DNA from: Gracilinanus agilis | Lineage: Eukaryota | DNA length: 64,000 nt | Assembly: GCF_016433145.1 (NCBI RefSeq) | Contig: NC_058131.1 | Span: 347,099,076-347,163,075 of the forward strand | Direction of reading: 5' to 3' | Shown here: one piece after another, positions 1 through 11,192 of the stretch | How positions within the stretch are numbered: position 1 is the stretch's first letter | How the letters are laid out: each line of letters opens with the position of its first letter | Made by a program: the position numbers and the translations under genes | Notes under the pieces: model-generated | The model's input: the letters and a program-made list of their open reading frames with translations, nothing else | Told to the model about the DNA's origin: nothing | Databases searched by the model: none

Positions 1-300
1 AGCCACTGAGATGTGACGCAGCTCCTTCGGCCCACGCGCCCGCTCCCCAGGAGGAGTCCCGCCCCCCCCAGGCCCCTCTTCCCCCTACCTCATTCGCCTC
101 TGCTAAGGACCCTCACTTTTCCCTAGCGGGATTCGGCAACTCTAGGAGTTACCATGGAGACCGCAAGGTCTCCAGACCCTCCTTCCCAGCTCACTTCGGA
201 ATACCACTCGACGCCACAAAATTTGCAAAGTTAATGTCCTAAAAAAAAGTCTGCCCTAAAACGACAACAAATTATTGGCGCTGTTACACTTCTTTGAAGT
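1..300 (-). promoter_or_regulatory. GC/CpG-rich edge of a divergent promoter (PHF20 by human synteny)
   Basis: CpG-rich; GC box CCCGCCCCC near 58-66; TGACGCA at 14-20. No coding exon visible, so gene identity is inference only. Confidence 0.4.
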
Positions 301-2946
301 TTGTTTGGCAAAAGAATCCATGAGTCAGAGACCACACAATTCGGCACAACTAGAAAAATAGATTCTCTGGAATCCAAATAGCTCTAAAATCTACATTTAT
401 GTAACGCTTTTTAAAGTGTACTTTCTTAACAATGCTATAGATAAATTATTATTATCCCTGTTTTGGTCGACTTAAGTCTCAGAGCTCTTCCAGCTCTAAA
501 ATGTGTGGGCACCAATTCTTCTTGTTCCACCCTCATATCATAACAAACCCTTCAAGGCAATTGGAACTACAATTTATATGTTGTATAGCTTGTAAAATGC
601 TTTTTGCATTCATTGTGTCGTTTAAAGCTCATATCATCCCTGTTAGGAAGGTATTTCCGATTTAATTCTCTCCATTGCGAAGATGAGAAAACTCAAAAGG
701 TTAAGTAATTTGCTTAAGATTTTCCAGCTTAGTAAGCATAGTGCTTTAAGTAAATTACTTCCTGACTCCAGGTCCAGAACATTTTCAATTAGAACTAGCT
801 GCTACCTTCGTGTAAAATTAAGGTTTAGGACCATCTGGATATACAAAATCCAATTTTATCTGAAAGTGTAACTCCAAGGGAGGGTGGGGGCAGCTGAGTG
901 TCAAGATACTGGCCCGTCCTCAGTTTGTTGGGGCTTGAATGTGACATTCAGACAATGATCGAGATGTCATCCAAACCAACAGAGGCTAGGATGTTTCAAT
1001 TTTCCTAAAGGTTCCAAAATCCCAGGGATGTGGACTAAGAGACAAAGAACCAATAGTCCCCCCCAAAAAATAATTTAAAACTCCAAGTCCTTTACATTTT
1101 ATAAAGTAAATCCTCCTTCATCCTATGCAGTAAACAGTTTCAGGTATTCCTATCCCCACTCTATAGAGGAGGAAACGGGCTCAGAGAAGTTATTTGATAT
1201 AAATATATCCACCCAGTTAGTAAATGGCAAAACTGGAACTAAAAAATTTTTTTTTCATGCACAGAGATTAGAATATTTCATTCTTTTGTTTCCAATTCAG
1301 TTCCACAAATATTTATTAGCTCTACTATATTTCAGGAATTATATACTAAAAGTTAGGGATAGAAAAACAAAAGTCTCTTTTCTGAAGGAACTTACAGACT
1401 TTGGGGGATGAAATATGATGAAATATGAAATGTATAAGTATTCTAGAGGGAGATGTCTAACGAAGTGAACCTAATTCTACAATTATTCTTACAATTGCAG
1501 CACAGTAAAGTTATTTGAAGTTTGGTATTTTATTCAAATATTTAAGTAGAATCTGATTACTTAGTTCATAAGACCTTAGGAAAGTCACTTAACTCTGAGC
1601 TTTGGTTTCCTAATAAAATAAGAGAATTGAATTACATGTTCTCTAAGATTCCTTCAAGTCCTTATATAGTATTGATTCTATAAGATCCATCCTAAAAAAA
1701 ATTGGATATCTCTTGTTTTGAAATCATCTTCATTTTAAATATATCCCTCTTATAACATCTACTCATAGAGCCATCCCTTGAAATAAAAAAATAGAAAAAG
1801 GGGAGGACAGTGCTTTCAGGAAAATTAAGTGATATGTTAACCATTTTGATAGTATATATAATATTCCATACCCATTGACCTCCACCCCAGCAAATAAGGG
1901 AAGTACATTTTCTCATTTCCTCTTCAGAGACAGTCTTGGTCTATATAATTACTAGGTTCACTTTTTAATTTACTTTTGTTCTTCCTGTTTACATTGTTGT
2001 ATATATATTGTTTTCCTAATTCTTTCTTCATTCTGCATTAATGAGATTCATCTTTTGAGAGATGGGAATCATTCAGAGTCAGTCTTGAAAGTGCAGAGTC
2101 AGGACTCTAAAAGTCATCCAACCCACCTAAAATATTTCCCCTTCATGTTATACCCAACAACTGATCTTGCAGCCTTTGCTTTAAAGACCTTTGGTGAACC
2201 TATGAACTGCTCCCAAGAACCCATCCTTAAATAGGTTTAGTTAATTATTAGGGATTTCTTTCCTACATCAGATCTAAATTTTTCTTTGAATATGCTTGAT
2301 GTATGAAAAACTTCCCAACCATCAAAGCTATCTAAAAGTGAAATGGCTGCCTTGCAAGTGGGAAGGTATGTCAAGTTACTTTGTAATTTGTTTTTGCTTC
2401 TTCAAAGTAGTCAAATTTTGCTTCAGAGGATCCCAATGTGAACAGCATCCTGAGAATATTTTTCTCCTTACTTGCTTACAGTTGATATTGTTACATACTT
2501 AAATACACATTCTTCTCCACAGATCTGTGTTAAAGGTGTTTGTCAGGTCAGTAACCTCAAGCACTATCATGGAATTTCAGACTGATTGTTCAGAATCTGT
2601 AAGAGGATTCTTCTTTGACAACATTTCATATATAGTGTTGTGGAAAAAAATGCTGGACTTGAGAGTTGGGAAAGCCCTGGATCCAAACCCTACCTCCTAC
2701 ACTTAATAATTAGATAGCCAGGTTGGTGGTATAGTGGATAGACAAAGGAACTAGAGTGAAGAAAACCTGAATTCTAATTCTGCCCAAGACACTAGCCATA
2801 TGACAATAAATTCCTTAGTAATGCAAGACCTCAGTTTCCTCACTCTGCAAAATAAGAATGGCAATATTATTTTTCTCTCATGGCTATAAGGATCAAATGA
2901 GATGTTTACAAATATTATGTAAATATTAGATACTATTAGTATCATC

Positions 2947-3135
2947 TTTTTTTTTTTTTAACCCTTGTACTTCGGTGTATTGTCTCATAGGTGGAAGAGT
3001 GGTAAGGGTGGGCAATGGGGGTCAAGTGACTTGCTCAGGGTCACACAACTGGGAAGTAGCTGAGGCCGGGTTTGAACCTAGGACCTCCTCTCTCTAGGCC
3101 TGACTCTCACTCCACTGAGCTACCCAGCTGCCCCC
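2947..3135 (-). mobile_element. Young full-length tRNA-derived SINE (SINE1_Mdo-like)
   Basis: Poly-T, body, then CAGCTGCCCC end; 13-bp TSD CTATTAGTATCAT at 2933-2945 and 3136-3148. Confidence 0.9.
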
Positions 3136-3329
3136 CTATTAGTATCATTTTAAGATTTAATTAAATATGAATTTTTGGCCATGTCTTATGTGATGACAAT
3201 AATACCTTGATAAAGTCAGTTGAAAAGAAATTCTTCCATTCTCTTTGTCTATTCTGAATTTATACTTGTGAAAAGGCAATCCTTTATTCTCTTTGCCTAG
3301 TTGGAGTTAAAACTTTGGTTAACAATAAC

Positions 3330-3545
3330 TTAAATACCCCTACTTAGTACCTCACTAGATTGTGAGGACAGGATTAACTTTCCTTTGTCTACTTTTGTAT
3401 TAATCAATGACAATAACAAAAACCCTAATACACCCATACTTAACTCTAATGTAAGGGAAACTCTTACTACAGGAGTTTGCACCTCCAAAAGGAAGACATC
3501 CCTACTTAACCTTAAGTAGGTGGAAGTCTGCAACCTGCTTGCTAA
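3330..3545. mobile_element. Probable opossum ERV/LTR fragment
   Basis: Recalled resemblance to a common Monodelphis repeat (CCTTAAGTAGGTGGAAGTCTGCAACC); not verified. Confidence 0.35.
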
Positions 3546-3840
3546 CTGGGTAATAATTCAGTAACATTCGAATCCCAACTGGATGACAACTCAGAAACCT
3601 GTGAATCCTAGGAGAAGAGTTAACACCTTTGGAGGTGAAAAGTCAAACCCATTTGCCAAGGTCTTCTTAGTGCACCAAGAAGTGACTTAAGGGTACTATA
3701 AATTGACTGCTACAATCAGAAAACTTCTTTCCTTATTTCCCAAATAAAAACATTTAGCGTAATAGCATAACACTCAATTCTGATATACCATGTTTCCTAA
3801 CAAGTTCAGAAAAAGTTTTATAGTTAAAAAGAGTATAGGA

Positions 3841-3915
3841 CTATGAAGGCGAACCTATGGCACATGAACCAGAGATGGCATGCATAGACCGCTCAGTGGG
3901 CATGCATGCCAAGGA
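3841..3915 (+). mobile_element. hAT/Charlie-type MITE end fragment
   Basis: GAAGGCGAACCTATGGCAC...GATGGCATGCA resembles the CAGTGATGGCGAACCTATGGCACGCGTGCC hAT terminus with CpG decay. Confidence 0.5.
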
Positions 3916-5375
3916 TTTAGTGCCCCTGCAGTAGAGTTCACCAGAATTCTTAACTAGAAAGCCTGAGGAAGGCACAGCTGGGCTGCTCCCCTCCCCCTCT
4001 CCCCAGTTGGAGTTAGTAAACTGGTCTCTTGGTGACCACATCCCTAGCAGGACAAGATTGCTCCAACCCATTCAGAATACAATGGCCTCTTTACCTTTGG
4101 CCTGAGTAAGACAGAAACATCCAATGTCTTTACTATCAGAAGCAACCAGTGTCTTTACTATACAAAGTATTTTGGGGATTTGGGGATGTGTCTTTTGAAT
4201 TTGTACTTTTAAAATGTTCAAAACTGTAGCCTAGTGAGTCAGGAATGTTTTATGAACCCAGGTTAGGCTAATAGCCTCTTCCAGGTTCTATAACCCTCTT
4301 CCTCAGTTTCTTTCATAGGCAACTCTTGGCCTTTAGTCTGTTTAATTTGCATTCAAAGGGGTCCCTTGCCTGAGGGGAAAACAGTGGCTAGTCAGAAGTA
4401 GGGAATTTCCCATCAGCTGGGCATCCAGATTAAAACCTGACTTTAACCCTATACAATTTGCTAAAAAAAAAAGGTTAAATTGGAGAATAATTCAGGAAGG
4501 CCAGAATGTGTTGAGGTGAATGTGTCAGGATGATGTAATTTAGCCTGAGGGTTATATTTTCCTATAAATAAGGGATTTTCCTATAAACTGGGGCTTTTTT
4601 TTTTTTCTGGCCACCTTTTTCTCTTTCTCAATAAAGCGTTACATTTGAAATGGCTTCTGATTCCTTGAATACTGGCTAAAGAGGGTGTACTTTGAAATTT
4701 TCAAGGTCCCCTCAATTTCCACTCTGGAGAGGAGTTAGATTTGAGGGGATCATAGCTCACAAAACTAGAGAAAAGGGAGTATAGTGCTTGTGCCCCCTCC
4801 CTAAGCCTGACTACATCATCCGCCCCCCCCCTCCAGCAGTCCAATGGTCCCTCCCCTAGGTGGAGTAAGGGCAGGGAAGCAGTGTGAACTCAGCTTTCAG
4901 TGAGGGGAGGGGCACCAGAAGGAGATGGTAGTGGTGCGTGGGCCGGGCACTTGGTCTATGGGGTGGGGTAGTTGGGCCCAGCACTCCATCTCCAAAAGGT
5001 TTCCCATCTCTGGTATAGGATTTGGAGTCAGAGAAAATGGCTTCAAATCTAAGTTTCACTATTTGTTACTTGTGTGAACTTATTACAGTATATGTAAAAT
5101 AAATGAGATTAACAGTTGCCCTTGCTTAGACTGTATTTATGCATCTATTTTGAGAAAAAAAGAGAAAGTTGGCTATCAATTAAATAGCAATTATTTAAAA
5201 ACTAGATGCCAGGAACTGTGATAGTCACAAAATACAAAAAAATGAAACAATACCAACTTTCATGGAACTATAAGGGGAGAAAACATGTAAATATATGCAG
5301 ATGCAGAATATATACTGAAAAAGTTCAGAGTAGATACAAACTAGAGTAATTTGGGAGGGAGAACACTTGTGTCAA

Positions 5376-5932
5376 TGTGGAATCTAGAGACCCCAAACTT
5401 GTGGCCTAGTGAGATCTAATGAACCCCAAGTTTTAGGAATAGCTTATAGGTTGGAGACCCCTAAAACTTGTGCTTGTTCCCTGTTCCCATGAAAATCCAC
5501 CCTGAAGGGAATCTCAGGCTAGCAGTTGCAGACTGAATAATGGACCCTGAGGTAAATGCTAAATATCCTTTTGTCTTAGGTAGTCTTCCCCATAGTACCA
5601 GAGATCCTTTCACAAGAAGACCCACATCTGGGCAGAGACCATTATATAGTACCCATTGTAAGTAGCTCCTTTGATAATTCAACTGGTAGAGCATAGTTCA
5701 ACTAGTAGAGCAGAGGACTATAGATCCTTAGGTTGCTGGTTCATCATCTATGGAGGCGGCACTCCCAGGGTGTCAGGGACCAGAGCAAGTAGTGTTCAAT
5801 CCTTGTACTCTGCACAAGGCACGGGGTTTGAGGCTCAGAGTAGAGGCCTAATCAGCCTTGTTCCCCCTTTTCCTTAATTAAAGAGTGGCTTTTATGACTA
5901 TTTAATCGTTCTGTGTTTTTTCAAAGTTAACA
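5376..5932 (+). mobile_element. Solo-LTR-like element
   Basis: Starts TGT, ends GTTAACA, ATTAAA at 5877-5882; interrupts L2-like sequence; no clean TSD. Confidence 0.45.
5668..5743 (+). pseudogene. Decayed intronless tRNA-Tyr copy with duplicated D-arm
   Basis: Matches tRNA-Tyr (CCTTCGATAGCTCAGCTGGTAGAGCGGAGGACTGTAGATCCTTAGGTCGCTGGTTC); anticodon GTA decayed to ATA at 5720-5722; 3' acceptor strand missing. Confidence 0.75.
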
Positions 5933-8029
5933 CTGGTACCAACAGATGGAAGGAAGCATTCAATCTACTTGCTGTTCTTCAAATATTCCATTTCCTGCCT
6001 TTGAACTGGCTATCTCTCCATTCCTGGAATGGTTTCCTTTCTCACCTCTGCCTCCAAATATGCTGGCTGCTTTCAAAATTCAGCTCTCACACCACCTTTG
6101 GAGGAAGACTTTTCTGTTACATATCCCTCAGTCCCTCCCCCTGATTTAGCCCCTACCTCTGTGGCAAGAATATATCTATGTTAACTCTCACCAATTTCTA
6201 GAATGCTGGTACTGTTTTTGTGTTTTTGCCTTCCTTTATAACTCCAGTGCTTAGCCAAGGCCTGGCCCCTAATTAGCACTTAATGCTTGTTGATTGAAAA
6301 AGCTTTGTGTTGTATGTAGTGATTGAATAGATCTTTCAAAAATGTGAGTGTGGGGGGGTGGGGTTACAAAGGTGAGAAGAAAATACATTACAGTCTTAAG
6401 GTCAGCCAGTACTCTGAGTGAAGAGAACTTAGGCCAATTTGACTTTTTCATGGAAATGCAGCATTTAAAAGCCACAGAGTTATAATTAATCATAGAGGTT
6501 AAGAAAAAAAGAGCCACAGTAGTTTATTGAGTAGGTGAGTGAAATGGTCAAGTGACACATTGTAGATCTGTGCTCAAGGAAAATCACTTTGATAGTTATG
6601 TGGTTTGGATTGAGACACTCAAGACAATATTTAGTAACACACCATCCATTGCATTAATCAGAGACGGTTGATGAGGGCTGAAGTGAGTCTATGTTAGGAA
6701 GGGAATAAAATCAAAGATGTTGCAGAGGTAGCAGGTAGAAGATTTGATAATAATTAAGATGCTTGGAATGAAGGAGGAGGTGGACCGAGGATAATGTTGA
6801 GGTTATGGGAGGCTGGAAGGATAGTGATGCTTTGAACAGAAATAGGCAAATTTGGAAGAGATCTGAATTTGGGGGATAGTTTTGTTTTGGAAATGTTAAG
6901 TTTGAGAAGTCGACCCATCATAGTTTGAAATATCTCATTAAGAAAAGCTATTTCCTTTTATTTTCTTTTGCTCCCGTAAGCAGAGGAACAGATTTCCAGT
7001 AAGAAACTGGATTGTTTAGGAAAAGAAATAAGGGTGATGGTTTATTTACAATAATAAGGAGTATAAAACATTATCTTTAGGAAAAGTCATCACGCTTTTC
7101 CAACATAAAATATTAAAACTGAAATTAAGCCCTACCCTTTGGGAAAGGGCTTTCCATCTTGAAGAGGGAAGCCAAATTTACTTTGTAACTAAAAATGTAT
7201 TAAGTTTTCGCTCAGACTCAGAATTTAACTTAAAGACAGGGAAACAAGTCTAGATGAGTGGGTGGAGGGAAGGCTGGACATATTTACAATACTACCAGCC
7301 AAGGTCTTTCTTCTAACAGTAATGTCTAAAGAGTTTAGGGGAGCTTCCTTATGGAGCAACAGAGGTTGCAACTTTACAGAGCGCCTCCGCCCAGCCCTAG
7401 GGGGCCTCTCGAAAGGAACAATAGGAACGACCGTCTTCTCCAGCTCTAGGGACTCGACTGGGCCCTATGCCAAGTGACACAAACTAGTGACAAAGCTAAG
7501 GAGGGCAGAGGCTGCTCGTGCCACTCACGGCTCTCATGCGTTCCCCAACTTCTTTTGTAAAGCTTCCCTGCCCCCCACATCAGTTACTCTTCTTTCCCTG
7601 TAGTCTTTCCTTTTCATCCTCAGGAATTTCACTAAGAAGAAAAATGGTCATTTTAGCTTGTGACCACATGGAGTTTTAGACCATATAATAACCCTGACAG
7701 TTAATTTGGAGAGGAAGGAATGGGGCGGGGAAAGAACCCCCCCCAACCCACAGCGAGGAACATAGCGCCAATAAAACGCAGCTAGCTGAGAGGGTCTCTA
7801 AAAACACTGGCTGCAGCCTAGCCAACAGACTTTCTACTAGTCGCGCCTTTCTGTTCTCGCGAGATTTTCACCACTTCCTTAGGGTGGGTGGGAGGGAAGA
7901 TTTAGAGGCTGTCTTTCTAGGGGGAGGGGAAAAGGCTAAAGGGAGGGGGAGGGGTGGGTACGGCTCTGGCGCAACTCTTGCGCGAGGTTGTGCAGCGGCT
8001 CCTTCGCCGCTGTGGATTCTCGCGATATT

Positions 8030-8448
8030 TCAATGGGTCAGCGCTGAGGCCGGAGAAGTTTCTCGCGAGAGCCCGTGCTGGGGGCGCTGTGTGGCCCCGT
8101 CTGTGTGTGTGTGTGTGTTTGCGTGTGTGTATATGTGTGTTCGTGAGTGTGTGTGACTGGGAAAGCAGCGGCCGCCATTTCAGGGAGTTGCAGACACTGT
8201 CGCGGTTGGCTACCGATTTGCCGCAGCCGCCGCCCTGCTTCACCCGCGCGGGCTCTTCTAATCCCATTATTCTCTTTTAGATCCGCTCCGGCCCTGCCGC
8301 CCTCAGCGCCCGAAACTCGGGCTGGGCGGGCGGGACGGACCGCGGCCTGGGTCCAGGCCGCAGCGGCTTAACAGTAGCCCCGGCGGCAGCTACAGCGGCA
8401 GCGCCTCCCTGAGACGCGAGCACCACACTTGCTCGAGAGCCCGCACAG
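8030..8448 (+). other. RBM39: RBM39 non-coding exon 1 (5' end approximate)
   Basis: Ends CAG|GTAAGA at 8448/8449; resembles the human RBM39 5'UTR as recalled. Confidence 0.75.
8102..8155 (+). repeat. Imperfect (TG)n microsatellite in RBM39 5'UTR
   Basis: Seen directly. Confidence 0.95.
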
Positions 8449-9266
8449 GTAAGAGGCCTCGGCGATAGTTTTCTTAACTCCGTTTCTCTTCCTCTTCGTT
8501 CTTCTGTGCACGGATCCGACCCCGCCTGGGGTCGAAGGTACTGGGATTCTCTCTGGTAGTGCTGAGCCGCTGGGGTGGCCGGGGAGGGGGAGGGGTGACT
8601 CCATAGGGGCGAGCCCAGCCGGGAGGGTGGGGGGGGGCAGGCGCGAAAGGGAAGTTGCCTTGGCTTCTGCCGCTTGGGAAGGAGTTTCGGGTTCTGTGCG
8701 GTAGGCTTGAGGCGGGGAAGCCCTGGCGTGGACGTCTACTAGTCGCCTCCGGGAATCCCAGGCCTAGGCTCGGGCCCCCGGGGTGGCCGTGACCTCTCAA
8801 CATGGCGCGGGGCGAGCGCGGCCCTGGCAGAGCCCCCCGCCCTTCCTGAGGGAGTTTCCTTCAGCCCCTAATATGGCAGGAGGCAAGGGCTGACCCCGGT
8901 GGCTCACTTAAAGCAGGTGAACGAGTTGTAGGTGCCCTCGGTTCCCTCTTCCGCCCGCGGCCTGTGTGAGGTAGGCCGGCTAGTGTGAGGTAGGCCACCC
9001 ACCCCACCCCCACCCCAAGCATCTATGACATGTGAGGCGGTCAGCCCTCTCGGGGTTCTTGTCCCAGGCAGTTTGCTCGACCGAGGCATCCCTGTTGCCC
9101 GGCATTCAGAGTGCGTTATTAAGTAACTAGGTTACTAAACAACTTGAGGATCTTTCTGATGTTGGGAAAGAACTGTTTCCAGAGTTTAATAACAAGACGA
9201 AAGAAATCGAGTGAAATGCAGGCTTAATGAAATCGCCCTTGCTTTTTTTATAGGTGTTCTGAAAGA

Positions 9267-9317
9267 ATGGCAGACGATATTGATATTGAAGCAATGCTTG
9301 AGGCTCCTTATAAGAAG
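9267..9317 (+). CDS. RBM39: RBM39 exon 2 CDS (exon starts 9254): MADDIDIEAMLEAPYKK
   Basis: TAG acceptor 9251-9253, ATG 9267, AAG|GTGAG donor. Confidence 0.97.
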
Positions 9318-11142
9318 GTGAGAAAAACACGTCGGTGAGGTTTTACATATTCTTTAATTTAGCATTATTCATGAAACTACTGCTGAAATGTAAACTAACA
9401 TCCCCGGAGCCCTCATGATTTATCTTATCAGAGATGCATTACATNNNNNNNNNNNNNNNNNNNNNNNNNNNNNNNNNNNNNNNNNNNNNNNNNNNNNNNN
9501 NNNNNNNNNNNNNNNNNNNNNNNNNNNNNNNNNNNNNNNNNNNNNNNNNNNNNNNNNNNNNNNNNNNNNNNNNNNNNNNNNNNNNNNNNNNNNNNNNNNN
9601 NNNNNNNNNNNNNNNNNNNNNNNNNNNNNNNNNNNNNNNNNNNNNNNNNNNNNNNNNNNNNNNNNNNNNNNNNNNNNNNNNNNNNNNNNNNNNNNNATAG
9701 CAAGAAAAGGTGAATGCAGTGGTTTGGGAAAATAGCAGGGGTCCAAGAATACTCTTATTACCAGTCTGTGGCAAGTAAATCTTGTAATGAGGAAAGTTTT
9801 CTCAACTCAAGTAATGAGTGAGATTTGCATTTTTGTCTTATTTTTTGTTGTAGATGACTGGTCATAGTAAATCTTAAAAACAGGTCAGGTTACAATCAGC
9901 TACTAAGTTAAAAAGCACATGATAAATTCTTGGATCCCTGAATAGAAATTTCTTAGCCAATTAAAGAGGCAATATCACAGTGCAGTGTTATTTTAAAACT
10001 TGTACTGTCCTCACTTGTAATAACTTAATTAGGACCTGCTATAATATTTCACACAAAATCTTTTTTTAAAAAAACTGTTTTGGATTATGTAGAGTAGTTA
10101 GTTTTTGACCCATTTCTCTATGGCAGCAAAACTATACTGTATTACTCTTTTACCAGATGGTGGTGAAAGTGTTAACTATATGCATGCATTATCACTGGTT
10201 TCACAAACTGTAGACTTTATAAAGTTAGCAGTTATTCTCTTAGTACAACTGGTGTAAATAAAATTAAAATAAAACTGGTGTGATTTTTTTTTTTTTTTTA
10301 AATTAAACCGATATTTGTTTTGGAGTGTGTAGCTCGACCATGTGGTATCAATTGTGGATGAGTACTTATTAGCTATAAACATTGTATACTTAGTTTTAAG
10401 TAATAACATAGAATCTTGAAAGAGCTACTTTCTTAATTTGTAATGTTAAGATTTTTGTTCTACCAGTAGTTTGACATGGATATTTTTTCCATGTAAAACA
10501 GGTATGGAAATAGGGAATGTTTAGGCTGGACTNNNNNNNNNNNNNNNNNNNNNNNNNNNNNNNNNNNNNNNNNNNNNNNNNNNNNNNNNNNNNNNNNNNN
10601 NNNNNNNNNNNNNNNNNNNNNNNNNNNNNNNNNNNNNNNNNNNNNNNNNNNNNNNNNNNNNNNNNNNNNNNNNNNNNNNNNNNNNNNNNNNNNNNNNNNN
10701 NNNNNNNNNNNNNNNNNNNNNNNNNNNNNNNNNNNNNNNNNNNNNNNNNNNNNNNNNNNNNNNNNNNNGATGAAAGGGACATAGTACATGGAATAAAACT
10801 TTAAACATGAGTCTTTATGTTTTATAGAAATTACATTTAACCACTTCAGCGCTATAAATCCATAGGATAACTTATTCTAAACTATGTAAAAAATACCTAA
10901 AGTTTAAATTGTTTTATGTGGACAGCATAATTCTTGCATTTTATCGTATGCCTAAAATGTAAACAGCAAAGTGGTTAAACATATCCATCTAAATTTTTTT
11001 TATAGCTTTCCAAATTAAACTATTAATAAGTAATTAGTTTTTAAATTGTTTTGTATTTTTTTATTCCTGTTCCCTTTACCCTTTGACAACTTGAAATGTT
11101 TCCACTTCGTCCTCATGATGTTCTTCTATCAACCCTGCTTAG

Positions 11143-11192
11143 GATGAGAACAAGTTGAGCAGTGCTAACGGCCATGAAGAGCGTAGCAAGAA
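11143..11192 (+). CDS. RBM39: RBM39 exon 3: DENKLSSANGHEERSK
   Basis: AG/GT boundaries, 50 nt, phase consistent. Confidence 0.97.

Larger units (their letters stand above)
7740..9110. promoter_or_regulatory. RBM39: RBM39 CpG-island promoter
   Basis: High GC/CpG; CCAAT 7768-7772; TCTCGCGAGA at 7855-7864 and 8061-8070; TCTCGCGATA at 8018-8027; YY1-like GCCGCCATTT at 8171-8180. Confidence 0.85.

Noticed and set aside
683-7477. Short six-frame ORFs in the upstream intergenic region
   Set aside because: No recognisable protein motifs; they overlap SINE, L2 and LTR-like fragments and often use non-ATG starts.
7884-8803. Several 70-116 aa ORFs on both strands over the RBM39 CpG island
   Set aside because: Expected from stop-poor GC-rich and TG-repeat sequence; only the ATG at 8133 is kept, as a uORF hypothesis.
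9415-10808. ORFs containing long X runs (also near 14.5 kb and 37.3 kb)
   Set aside because: Artefacts of translating N-runs.
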